Source: Lama guanicoe (taxonomy: Eukaryota). Taken from it: DNA of 64,000 nucleotides. Of the stretch, positions 1 through 12,090 are shown in pieces. Location of the stretch: positions 1,302,001 to 1,366,000 of the forward strand of contig MU054212.1 in the NCBI GenBank assembly GCA_013239625.1, given 5' to 3'. The position numbers were made by a program, and so were the translations under genes. The notes under the pieces were generated by a model. The model worked only from the letters and a program-made list of their open reading frames with translations. It was not told where the DNA came from and made no database searches. Position 1 is the stretch's first letter; each line of letters starts with the position of its first letter.

Positions 1-16
1 AAATTGGCTTAATCTG

Positions 17-608
17 TACTTCAAAATGACACCTGCACCCCAATGTTCATAGCAGCACTGTTTACAATAGCCAACACATGGAAACAGCCTAAATGTCCAT
101 TGACAGAGGACTGGATAAAGAAGATACAGTGGAATACTATTCAGCCATAAAAACTGACAACATAACACCATTTGCAGTAACATGGATGTTCCTGGAGAAT
201 GTCATTCTAAGTGAAGTAAGCCAGAAAGAGAAAGAAAAATACCATATGATATCAATAATATGTGGAATCTACAAAAAAAAAAGACAAATGAAATTAAATA
301 TAAAACAGAAACAGATTCACAGACATAGAATACAAACTTGCAGTTGCCAAGGGGGAGGTGGCTGGGAAGGGACAGACTGGGAGTTCAAGATTTGTAGATA
401 TTGACAGGTACATATAGAATAGATAAACAAGTTTATACTGTATAGCGCAGGGAAATATATTCAAGATCTTACAGTAGTTCATGGTGAAAAAAGAATATAA
501 AAATGAATATATGTATATTCATGTATGACTGAAAAATTGTGCTGTATACCAAAAAATTGACACAACATTGTAAACTGACTATAACTCAATTAAAAAAAAA
601 GAAAAAAG
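17..608 (+). mobile_element. Young 5'-truncated LINE-1 (ORF2 C-terminal end + 3' UTR + poly-A)
   Basis: L1 3' motifs (tgcaccccaatgttcatagcagcactgtttacaatagcc; tggaatactattcagccataaaa) and an A-rich tail at ~592-608. Perfect 16-bp TSD aaattggcttaatctg at 1-16 and 609-624. Confidence 0.92.
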
Positions 609-931
609 AAATTGGCTTAATCTGAAAAAAAATTTTTCCTTAAACATTACCAAGGAAATTATATTACCTTGAAAAATTGGACTCTCATCCATCAGGTTTT
701 TAATAAGAAGTGGGGAGGTAAACCAGAAATTTAGAGAAAAATACCATCATTTAAAATGCATCCTGCTTAAACTATTAGCATGCTGTGTTTTTAGATACTT
801 AAAGACTTTCATTCTATTATTATGATCTCAAGTATTTTGGTCCTATGATTTGACTAAGCCATGAATTTAACTTTAAGCAAAATTTCTCCTGCGGAGAAAA
901 ATAATGCATTTGGCTTTGTTTCCACTCTTAC

Positions 932-1017
932 CAGAGCTGTGAGATCTGCTGTTTTGCCTTCTCTTGCTGCTGCTAAAAGTAATTCTTCAAGCTTTCTTTG
1001 TTGAGTCCTTTCTACAG
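932..1017 (-). CDS. OSBPL1A: OSBPL1A coding exon 5 (gene exon 6), (A)VERTQQRKLEELLLAAAREGKTADLTAL
   Basis: 86 nt, tag| acceptor and |gtaag donor, phase 1 to 0. Peptide matches remembered ORP1L residues ~132-160. Confidence 0.96.
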
Positions 1018-1477
1018 CTATAGAAGGAAAAGTACAGATTACCTTTAGTCTGGATCCTATTAGCAAATTTATCACAAAATGTATAAAGAGTAAAGTGAGG
1101 CAAGTCATGACGTTTTGGATTGTAATTCAAATGTTATCGTTACTTTGTTACTCACTGCCTTACATTTCCCATTACAATTATGGAATTCAACTTCTCTCAG
1201 ATTCAGATGAATTTACGTTTTCAATTCAGAGGTCTTTTAAGTTCATTGTAACTACAATACCCACCACAAATAATTATGAATTATTTTGCATGCTGAAATA
1301 CTACTACACATCTGCCTTGGAAAGGTAGATAAGTGGGGAGGGGGCTCATACTTTCTAGAACCTTAGAATGTGAAAAGGAACAATAAGAAATTGCACTGGT
1401 AGGAAGAAGTACAAACCAAATAATTTAGGTTTATATATACTTATGCACTTCTACATAAAATACTCATTTCTTTAACA

Positions 1478-1722
1478 AATACTACAGCACTCACTATGTG
1501 CCAAGTACCTTTCAAAGCACTTAAATAGTATTAACTCATTAAATCCTCATAAATACTCTTTGAAGAGTTACTATTTGCCCAATTTTACAGATGGAAAAAA
1601 CTGAAGTACCAAGAGGTTTAGGAACATAACCTAAGTCACACAGCCAGGATGTGACCGAACTGGGATTTGAATTTGGACAGGTGGGTTCCAGAGTCCATGC
1701 TCTTACCATTACTCTATGCTGC
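1478..1722 (-). mobile_element. MIR SINE
   Basis: MIR core (cccaattttacagatggaaaaaactgaag ... ggttccagagtccatgctcttacca). Confidence 0.85.
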
Positions 1723-3312
1723 TTATAGAGAATGAGGGCAAGTGGCAATGCGATTTGCTTCAGAGATGAGTATGTAATAAGGTCTCATTTCTGCTGTTAG
1801 AATTCATTTTAGCTTACAGAGAGGCAGCAATTTCCTAGAAAGGCTTAGTAAGAATCCTCTTTAAAACATGTGTGCAATGTCCCGGGCAAAGGCTGCAAGG
1901 GAGGAACTATAAAACACTCCTCAGGTCTTCCTGAGAAATAATGAATGGTTATTAAGTTAGTAATTACAACACGTGACAGCTGTTTCCGACACTATGCATG
2001 CCCCTGCATTTCAATTACAGGAAACGTGTACCGTGAATACAGAATAGCTGGAACCAGTTTAGCTTTGTCTTAAGAAACGACTAATACTACTATATACTGT
2101 TATCTTCTAATCCCACATCTTTATTTCCACACCCAGACTCCCTCTCTGCCTTGGAGGAGGGCTGCCAAGCTTCTCTGCAGGCTCCCAACGCTGCCTTTTT
2201 TTTGCTGTTGCTGCTCTTCAGTCTTTCCTCCCACTGGACCTACGGCTGCTGGACTGTGAGCTTCTGAGAACAGACATGTCCATACCCCTCCTGTACTTAC
2301 CTCTGCTACTGCACGCATTACCCAGAGCTGTGATTTATCCCTTCAGTCATTCCTGAAGGCAGGTACCTGCTCTTACCCTTCTGTGTATCCTAGGCATTTG
2401 TGACAGTATCTGGCACAATGCATATTTGGCCAGTAAATATTTACTAAGTAATCAAATGCTAAATGATGTTGGTTCATCAACACCCTTTAAATACAAAACC
2501 ATCTTGCCCTTTTCTGAACTTCAAAGGAAAGAAACACACAATGTGTGTGGAATCACAACTCAAATTCAATATCCTTATTCATAAAGTAGCAGTCAAGAAA
2601 TCTTTTCTCTACAACAGAAACACTATCAGAAAATAATTACAGCCAAAGCCCTCGTTGTTCGAGGGATAATCCTAATGAACAAAGGCTTCCCAGTGCAAGA
2701 GTCAAAATATCTTTGTTCTAAACTATTTTTTAGAGAAATTCCTCATATGTCTGCCTACACGTAACTTAATCTCTGAAGTTCATAACAATGAAGCGGATCC
2801 ATCAAGAAATTACTGTCGGCTGCTGTACTAACATGAAGTCCTCGTGAGAATGGAGCCGGCAGAGCCAACCTCCCAGGTATCAGCGACTCCCAGGAGCTGT
2901 GCCTCTTACAGTTTCTCGGTCCTCCACTCCCGCATTCCCGCACTATTGTGCTTCTGCAGCCGATCAGCCAACCTCCCTCAGGTCTCTATCTTCCACATGT
3001 AGTTTATTGGAGATTTGATTTTTGAAACTTTGTATAACATTACATAGAGTTAAAAAAAAAACTATAAGCTGTAGGGAATCTTTCTTTTATTTTTAAATTA
3101 ATAGACTTTATTTTTTTTAGAGCAGTTTCAGGTTGGGGGAACTTTCACATAGATAGTTTTGTGTCTAATCAGTGACTCCAAGTTATCTTATCTTCAGAGC
3201 ACAGGCTTGGTGTCATCTACTCTGGCATCTCAGAAGCCAATTCCACTCATATTCTGGACTGTGGGTTATAATTAAAATAAATGCTGTCTATGTTAAGATC
3301 CGTAACATTTAC

Positions 3313-3424
3313 CTTCAAGCATGCTTCTGATTTCTTTGTCATGAGTCACTTCTTTTGCTGTCTGTCCATTTCCATTAACTACAGTTGTATCAGCATCATA
3401 TTCCAAAAGAAGCATTACCAACTC
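3313..3424 (-). CDS. OSBPL1A: OSBPL1A coding exon 4 (gene exon 5), ELVMLLLEYDADTTVVNGNGQTAKEVTHDKEIRSMLE
   Basis: 112 nt, ttttag| acceptor and |gtaaat donor, phase 0 to 1. Ankyrin-repeat sequence of ORP1L. Confidence 0.96.
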
Positions 3425-4844
3425 CTAAAAAAGCAGAAAAATTATTACTAGCTATTATTAAATGAAGACTTTATTGTATTATAGGCATCTTTCAGATTAC
3501 TAGTTACTCCCGAGTTTCTACAATAGAAAGAAGTACTACGTAGGAATCTTATTATTCCATCAGTTATATCTACATTAAGTGAATACTAATGAAATAAACT
3601 GAATACTACAACTCAACTAATTGTAATAATAGCTGAGGATTGCTTAAATGGTTGCCAGTCCTCAATTAACACAGAAAATGTCTATAATTGATTTTTAAAG
3701 TAAATCATCTGGTTGTTTTACCAAATTGATTTACGTGATCAAATGAAACATGCATTAACAAAGCCATTACTTAAATTAGACGCTTTAAATTAGATACTTA
3801 GAGCAGACAGTACACTCATTTAACAGTATTCCTCCAAGGCCTGTTGAAAAAAGAAATAATCTCCCCAACAGACTTAGATTTTTAAAAAATTAACTTTGAT
3901 GTTTATAATAGGACATTATAAATAAAGTGATTCAGACTGACAGGATACAACACTAGCAAAGGAATGGCTTATAATGAAGCAAACGATCTTCTAAATTCAG
4001 TATTCAACAATGGAGAACAGACTACCTCACTCATATTTACTCTCAGTGGCTAACTTCTCTTTAAGGGATTTCAAACTAATTGGTAACGTACATGAGTCCA
4101 GTATCAGTGGATCAGTTCAGTTACATAACTTAAGACAGAAGAAGTGCAGGAGACTTGCAGGAGAATATTAGAGATTTGATGTTTCACTTCGCTGGGATGT
4201 GTAGTGGCCGTGGAGGGGAAGGTGGTAACACTGGCTCTTTATTTCTACAAGAAGGTAGGATGAAAGAAATACAGTGCTCCTCTAACCTCTAGCTTGACGA
4301 CACATGAATACACAGGAAGTGACGCCCTATCATCACATGTTACATTTTCCCATGAGCTTCATTTTACCTTTGGGCGGTATAATTTTTTTTTTTTTACCAT
4401 TCTTAAAAAAAATTTTTTTATAGTAAAAAATACTTAAGTACAATCTTAAAAACAGACAGGAAGAAAAGACTCACTGTCCTAGTCACTATATGACCACTAG
4501 AAGCATTTTGCCATGTTTCCAATTATTTTTCCCAAGCATAACTTCAAGTTTTTTTAAACATAATTCATATGACATAGTTGCTTACGTTATACTCCCTTCA
4601 CCTAATATAGCACATTTTCCAGGATATTATAGTGTCTATAAACACACTTTTCATTGAATATTTTTCTATAAAATGTACTATCACATTTTACAAATAGAAA
4701 AGTGGCTAAGAAGTCTAACATTCTAATAAAATAAATTCTTATAAAATATCTTAGCATTTCCCATCATTTTAAAGGTAACATTTTGGGAGGAGTGTTTTCA
4801 CACTTTATGTAAAGAGGTCGTTTTAGTAAAGAATGTAGAATGAT

Positions 4845-5945
4845 CCACAGAACAATAGAAAGTATTTATAAACCACATATCTAAGAAGGAAATTATACCC
4901 AGAATATATAAAGAACTTTTACAACTCAACAATAAAGACAACCTGATTTAAAAGTGGGCAAAGATAAAAATGAATGATCAGAAAAGGAAATGAAGAAAAA
5001 CAATTCTAAATATGAAAACAAATGTATCTATATGCATGACTTGGAAATTGTGCTGTACATGAGAGTGACACCTTGTAACAGACTGCACTTCAATTTAAAA
5101 AAAAGAAAGAAAAAGAAAAAAAAGAAAAACAATTCCATTTGCAATAACATCGAAAAGAATAAGATGCTTAGGAATGAACATAACCATGGAGGTGAAAGAC
5201 TTGTCCACTAAAACTACAAAGGACAGCTGGACGAAAGTGAAGATATAACTGAAGCAGAAGACACCTAGTGTCCACGGATGGGAGGACTGAATATTGTCAG
5301 GATGGGAACCCTGCCCAAAGTAACCTAAAGATTCAGTGCAATCCCTATCAAAGCCCAATGACATTTTTTCCAGAAACAGAAAATCCCATCCTAATATTCA
5401 CATGGAATCTCAAGAGACCCCCACACAATCCAAACAGTACTGAAAAAGAACAAAGTTGGAGACCTCACACTCTCAGATCTCAAAACTTACTTTAGAGTTA
5501 AACAAAGTCATCAAAACAGTGCTAAAATGACATAAAGATGAACACATAGACCAATGGGCTAGAACAGAGCGCCCAGAAATAAACTCTCACATATTTGGTC
5601 AAATGATTTTTGACAAGGGTGCCAAGCCCATTCAGAGGGGAAAAGAATATTCTCTTCAACAAACAGTGCTGGGAAAACTGGATATCCACACGCAGAAGAA
5701 TAAAGCTGGACCCGTATACTTTACACCACATACAAAAATTAACTCAAAATGGATAAGGCCTAAGTGTAGGACCTAAAACAATAAAAATCTTGGAAGAAAA
5801 CATAAGAGGAAAGCTTCATGACACTGGATTTAGTAATGATTTTTTGTAGCCGACACCAAAAGCGCAGGTAAAAAAAGAAATAGATAAACTGGACTACAAC
5901 AAAAGCAAAAACTCTGTACAACAAAGGGCCATATCAAGAGTGAAG
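4845..5945 (+). mobile_element. Old L1 ORF2 fragments with a nested young L1 tail
   Basis: Degenerate ORF2 peptides (ILIFTWNLKRP; tcttcaacaaacagtgctgggaaaactggata). Nested insertion at 5007-5121. Confidence 0.85.
5007..5121 (+). mobile_element. Short L1 3'-tail insertion
   Basis: L1 3' UTR end plus A-rich tail. 14-bp TSD aagaaaaacaattc at 4993-5006 and 5122-5135. Confidence 0.8.
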
Positions 5946-6307
5946 GGTAAGGAAAACAAACATACACAGACAGGAATCATAAAAACAGCCAAAGGCACAG
6001 CAAGAGTAACAGACTGTACAACGCCTCTTCCCAGAGCAGTGATCAGCTTTGTCAGAGCGCAGCTACAAAAAACAGGAAAACGTTAAGTCTTAAAAACAGT
6101 AAACCCCTGATGACCTTTAGGAAAAACTTCAGCTAATGGGTGGACTCAGGACCCAGACTACAAAGGGTCAAAGTGAGCAGGTGCTAAGGAAGTTGAAATG
6201 ATTAGAGAACTTTATTATCTTAAAAGTGCTAGTGGAAAAGGTGGACAATACACATGATCACATGGAGAATCTCAGCTGAGAAGTGGAAACTATAAGAAAA
6301 AGTCAAA

Positions 6308-6360
6308 TTGACACAACATCGTAAACTGGCTATACTTCAATTTAAAAAAATACAAAAAAA
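6308..6360 (+). mobile_element. Ultra-short L1 3'-tail insertion inside an old L1 fragment (~6230-6560)
   Basis: ttgacacaacatcgtaaactggctatacttcaat plus A tail, similar to 558-590. 14-bp TSD aagaaaaagtcaaa at 6294-6307 and 6361-6374. Confidence 0.8.
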
Positions 6361-6649
6361 AAGAAAAAGTCAAAGGAAATTGCTAGAAGTAAGATAAAGA
6401 ATGCCATCAGTGGTCATCAGAGCACAGCTGAGGAGAGAATCAGTAAACTTGAGGACAGGACGACAGAAGTTAGCCAAACCCTAAGAGAAACAAGAGAGAG
6501 GGATGGGGAGGGGAGAAGACGGCACAGAACTGAGCCCCAGTGACTGTGGGCTAGTGTCAGTCTGATGATGTGCAGTAAGTTATTCAAGAATTTACATGAA
6601 GCACTGCCTTCTCAATCTGGCCAAACAAATTATAAAAGGGAAAAAGAGA

Positions 6650-7250
6650 TAATGATGAATACCATTTGCCCATGTAATTTGCCCTCAGGAATGCCGTGTT
6701 CTGGTAACCATTTCCGTAACTTCTCCACAGTTCAGTCCCCCAACCCTGCCCCTCTGAACTCAGTCATTACCATAACTGCACTCACTTGGCTTCTGATGTT
6801 CAAGTGCCACCTGCAGGCCTCCACTGTTTTGGGGTCCTATGATATGCCCCTCGCCCCCAGTGAAACAGGTCTGCAATGGCGTTTCCTAGTGGCAGCCCTA
6901 GAACTCAGAGAGATGGACACTTCGTAAGGTTTTCTAGTGATGCTGGTGCCTTTTCCACCAGCGATTCTCAGTGCTTGGCAAATGATGTATCCTCTGGGCC
7001 CTCCCACGGCACAAACATATCTTATAAGATCCATATCCAATCTGGCATGCCTGCTTATTTAAACCCTTCTTTGACTGTGTGCCATGGCATTTCTGACACC
7101 CTGACATCTATAATGGGGGCCACTGCTTTGTTCATGCTGCCAGGAATCTTGCAAGTACAACTCAGTCTTTACCATCAAGACATCAATGATGGTCAGAAGT
7201 CAAAGACAGTCACCCCAAGGAAAACCATGACATCTTGTCCAGTTTCTACA
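6650..7250 (-). mobile_element. ERVL internal gag-like remnant (inverted relative to adjacent pol)
   Basis: Minus strand encodes GPEDTSFAK and VEKAPASLEN, plus ggtggcacttgaacatcagaagccaagtg. These resemble remembered ERV-L gag (EDTPFTKA..VRGAPASLKS; QVAALN.QRQG). Confidence 0.6.
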
Positions 7251-7374
7251 CCAGAGTCAGTTATGGACTTAGAACTATGTACTGAAGGAGAGGCCAGATC
7301 CTGGGAGGGAAGATTCTGCGACACCAAAGCCAACGTAGTTATGAATCTCAGACCATCGACTCAGGTAACTGCAC

Positions 7375-8750
7375 TCTAAGGAAAGCGGAAAACACAAACA
7401 TTTCATAAATTATTAAGTACACGATGCCACAAGACCCAGGTGTTACCTGGTCCCTCTGTTAGAAAGGGGGCATGCACAGGGGTGAGATAATAAATGAACC
7501 CCAGGCACAGGTCTGGCTCACAGTGCAGGCACTGGGTCCACACATACATCCCGAGGTTTCTCCCCAGCCCCTGAATGTCTACCTGGAATAGATCGCTTAG
7601 CTGCTGGCATACGCTCACATTGCTTCAAAGGCTCTAAAACTCCCTCCCCTACACCCTGGCCAAGATAAATAAAAACCATCACCCTGTATGAGGAGGAATT
7701 AGTGCCACCCTTAAAAACCTAAGAATGCAGGGCTGATGGTCCCTAGAATATTTCCATCTAATTCACCACTCTCCCCCTGCAAAACCCAGAAGCAGTGTGG
7801 AGGATGACAGCGGACTCCACCAATTCCACCAAACACCCCCAACTATAGCCACTCTGCCAAATGGGGAATCTTTGCTAGAGCAGGTCAATGCTACGTAAGT
7901 ACACAGTACACAGCAACTGACCTGGCAGATGTATTCTTCTAAGAAAAAAGGATGGGAGACAGTTTGCACTCACACACAAACAACACACACATCTACATTT
8001 ACAGTCCTGCCTCAGAGCCATCCGGGCTTCCTGCAGAACATCACCCTGGCCCACTTCATCAATGACGTCACATTAATAGAACCAGATGAGCATAAAGAGG
8101 CTAGAATGTTGAAAGCCTTATTAGTAAGATATTTGTGCTCCAGAAGGTGGGAGATCTCAGAATTCAGGGGCTTTATCCTGTCAGTCAGTTTTCAGGGGTT
8201 CACTGGTCTAGGTAATGCTGGACACTGGCCCCGAAGTGAAGAACAAACTATTCCATCTTGCATCTCCTGAGACACAGAATGAAGAACAATGTCTGGCTGG
8301 CTTCTTCAGGCCTTGGGGCAGCATATTCCACACTCAAGAATTATGTTCTGATCCATATGCCAGATGAGAAAGGATGCCTGAATTCCAGGCTCCTGTGTCA
8401 AAGGACCAGCAGACAAGAGTCATCATCCTAGCAGAGGTAATTAACCTGGGACATCAGGAGGAAGGACGACATGGAGGAGTATGTCTGGTGCGCAGATGAC
8501 ACACTGAAATGTCTCTTGGTATTTCCTTGTCCAATTTTGACAGTAAATGGACAAGAGTGACAAGCCTAGCCAATGGAGGGCATGTTAACCACGGGCTCAG
8601 ACCTCTGGGGTCGACAGCCTGGAGTTACACCACCAGGTAAGCCATGAAGACCAGATGTGCTAGTCAGGGGGAGGAGGAATCTAGAACGGAAAGCAGGAGA
8701 GGAAGATGACGACTCAGCTGTAGCCGCAAGGCCAACTACAGCAACAGGAG
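7375..8750 (+). mobile_element. ERVL pro/pol remnant (reverse transcriptase)
   Basis: ORF 7929-8270 contains TFTVLPQ...NITLAHFINDVTLI...LLVRYLCSRRWEI, a degenerate ERV-L RT (YTFTVLPQG...ITLVHYIDDIMLI). Protease-like region at ~7380-7500. Confidence 0.8.
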
Positions 8751-8769
8751 CTCCCCACGGTCAGCAGGG

Positions 8770-8925
8770 GCACCCCTTGCAAAGAGCAGCACAGACTGAC
8801 TTCAGCTTCTGCCCACTCCTGCTCCCACGCCCCCTTGCACAGGTGTGACCCCACAGCACTCCGGCAAGCCTGCTGCACACTCATGTCCAACTCAGTCCGC
8901 TTCCTCGGAAGCCCAGTCTACAAGA
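8770..8925 (+). mobile_element. ERVL-class LTR 3' fragment (LTR16/LTR33-like)
   Basis: Ends with ctcagtccgcttcctcggaagcccagtcta, typical of an ERVL LTR U5 end, and follows the pol remnant. Confidence 0.55.
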
Positions 8926-10947
8926 AATAGTACTGCTCATACCTGCGTCTCAGGGATGTTGTGCTTCATTAAACGAAACAATGCAGCTCAAGTTGTTGGG
9001 ACAGTGCTTGACTCACACTAGGCATTCAATCTATAAGCATGAGAGATGGTATCCTAGAACAAGACAGATAAGCTCATGTAAACCCCAGGATTATCTGCAA
9101 CTTCACCTCTGCCAGGTGAGGGATACACAGTTCCTGAGACACGCTACACAGGAAGCACTGCTTTTAGGTGTAGTCTCTGCTCTGCTAGAAAACAGTAAGC
9201 CGAACCAGAACCACAACCCGCTATTTATCATACTGATTGTATCCTTATTTCAAGCTTCTTATAAAAGATGTACAAGTTTCAGAATTTGTACTGCATTGAA
9301 AAATAAAGCAAGGAAGCAAATGCCAAAATATATCATCTTAAAATGCCGGTCTATTTTCTTTCATTTAGAACACTAGGGGTCGCTAATGTACCAAGAAAAG
9401 CCCATAGGTCCCTCATAAAATTTTGGGAGCTGCATTTTATGTATTTCAAAGGACAAGAATTTAAAGCACTTTGTAACAAACCACATCCCTTTTCATCGTT
9501 TTGTTTATTAAATCATAGAATCTAACTATCATATTTTAAATTATCTTCATGGTAGAAGATCACATCAGAACAAGGTGATTTGATTCCTTTCATCAGTTCA
9601 AGTAGACATTAAACTTTCTTGTAAAATTCAGTCATGCTTGGATATTGAGCACATAAATTTTTAATGTTTCCTGTGTGGCGCAACCATTTAGCTTCAGCTA
9701 AATTTTATTTTCTAATATAAGACAGCATATATGTGCTAATGTTCAAATCAAACTAAGGCCTAATTTAGCACGTTCTTATGTTCAGAGTTTAAGAAAACAG
9801 ACAAATATGGGAAGAACTGAAGAGAGATCAATGAACTGATTTGCTCTAGGTAATCACACAGATGGGCAGTAAGACTTGCGCTGTGCTCCGAGAGGATACG
9901 AAAAAGTGAAATGTATTCATTCCTTGGGAACAAGATTAATACAATCTAGCGGTAGAGTTAAGACATATACAACAATAACTGTGAGACAAGGTGAATGGAA
10001 GTGCTGGAATGTTCATGGGAAACCTGGAAAAGGACAGCTCCCTTCCAAGCGCAGGGAGCCAGGAAAGAATTTATGGAAACAGCATTTAAACTGCACTTCG
10101 GTAGACTTGGGCCGTATGGAAATAGACTGCCAGGAACTTTCTTAGGCACATAGAAAAGACTGAGAAGTGCAGGGCTACAGAGGAAAACAGCAGTAGTTCA
10201 CGCATGGGTCAGGCAAATAACACCAACTGCAGTTCATTTCTGAACCTTCCTCTCCCCGAGTCAAGAACAGCAATTAACCCACTACTTTTATTTTTTTTTA
10301 GTGTAACAGATACTTTTTCCTTCACCTTTAGTAAGATTCTATATCTGGTTCACAAGTATTAATATATGAACAAACAGACCAAATGGTGTGAAATGTACTA
10401 ATTCAAACGTGCTTAGCACACATATACTGGGTTGGCTAATAGTTTATATGAAAATTAGTTAAATCTAATCATGGGAATAATGAAAAGTGTGAAATATAAT
10501 AAATTCATCTTCTTTAATTTGTGATAAATGCACATAAATCTTCCAATTATGGGATTATGAAAAAACTTTAGGGAGTATGTTGGACTATGGTCAATAATCA
10601 GAAGAAGAAATACACCCTCTGTCATAGTTAATTTAACAGATCATTCAAATAATCAAAAAATTTTCAAGAAAAAGAGGGTGAAGCAACTTTCGGTCATGAT
10701 AGCATAAAGAGATCAGTGAACTGCCATCCTGAAAAGTGAGAATAAAGTTGGACAAAATTACAACACTAACCATTCCATGGTGCTGGATATCCACTAAAGA
10801 GAATAAATTGAGAGGCATACTCAGCAGGAGCTAGAACTTCAGGTAAGAACACCAAGAGTCGTTAGTCCCCCAGCCACAGGCTATCCACACATATCAGTAG
10901 GAAACAAACAGAAAAACCTACAGCAGGAGGCTGCCTTTCCCATTAGA

Positions 10948-11456
10948 GTATATGAGTTTTCTACTGCTGCTGTAACAAATCGCCACAAACTCTGCAGCTT
11001 AAAACGCCACAGATTAATTATCTTACAGGTCTCTATTTCAGAAGTCTAAAATGCATCTCATGGGGCTAGAATCAAGGTGTCAGCAGGGCTGGTTTCCTTT
11101 CAGAAGCTCCAGAGAATTCATTTCCCTTTTTCTAGCTTCTCCAGGCTGCCACATCCCTTGGTCCCCTTCTTCCATGCTCCAAGCCGGAACACTGCTTCTC
11201 TCAGCCCATTCTCTCCCAGACACATGTCCCTCTCTGACTCTTCTGCTGCCTCCCTCTTACACTTTTAAGGACCTTTGTGGTGGCACTGGGCCCACCAGAT
11301 AAACTAGAATAGTTTTCCTGTCTTAAGGTCAGCTAATTAGCAACCTCAATTCCATCTGCAACTTTAATCTTCCCTTGCCATGTAACCCAACATAGCCACA
11401 GGCTTGGGGGATGAGGATGAGTACATCTCTGGAGGGCAACTGTTGTGCCTATCACA
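10948..11456 (-). mobile_element. MaLR solo LTR (MLT1C/D/E-type)
   Basis: tatgagttttctactgctgctgtaacaaat...gtgcctatcaca, matching reversed MLT1 termini. Confidence 0.85.
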
Positions 11457-11744
11457 GAGGGCAAATGGCAGAACAGCCGAGAAATGGGAGAAGCAAAGAA
11501 GGACAACGTAAGCCACCCACAGAGTCCTGGCTGACTGTGCAGGGGAAATAAGAGAGGGCCCTGCAGAAAGTTAAAGCAGAGGCCGAAGTGAGAAGTGGCT
11601 GAACTCTGACAGTCCTCTCCAACCTACACACACCCACAGGCAGAGGGCAGAAGCCTCATGGGGTTGAGGATTTGAGCACAACCTGTATCCAAACATTGGC
11701 TGTGAGCACTATGCTCCGTAAATGCAGGGGTGAACTCTAGGAAA

Positions 11745-12090
11745 CTTAGTCCCTTTGGGGTATTGTAACAAAACACCAGAGACTGGGTGGCTTCAACACC
11801 ATTTACTTCCTCACAGTTCTGGAGGGTGGGAAGCCCAAGATCAAGACACAAGCAGATCTGGTGTTTGGTAAGAGCCTGCTTCCTCGCTCTGGCTGTCTTC
11901 TCACTTTGTTCTCACATGACAGAAGGGGCACAAGAGCTCTCTGGGGACTCTTTTATAAGGAACTAATCGCACTCATGAAGGCTCTTCCAACATGATTTGA
12001 ACACCTCCCCAAAGCCCCATCTCCTAATACCATCACATTGGGATTTGAACATATGCATTCTAGGGGGACACAAACATTCAGTCTATAACA
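11745..12090 (-). mobile_element. MaLR solo LTR (MLT1A-type)
   Basis: cttagtcc...gtaacaaaacaccagagactgggtggctt...aacattcagtctataaca. gaaac flanks both sides. Confidence 0.85.

Noticed and set aside
6876..8270. Domesticated retroviral gene (167-aa and 113-aa ORFs)
   Set aside because: The RT catalytic motif is decayed (FIND for YIDD), there are frameshifts and deletions, and the 167-aa ORF is antisense to the gag remnant.
9565..9600. Intronic C/D box snoRNA on the minus strand (tgatga...ctga)
   Set aside because: The boxes are only ~30 nt apart, too short, and there is no convincing terminal stem.
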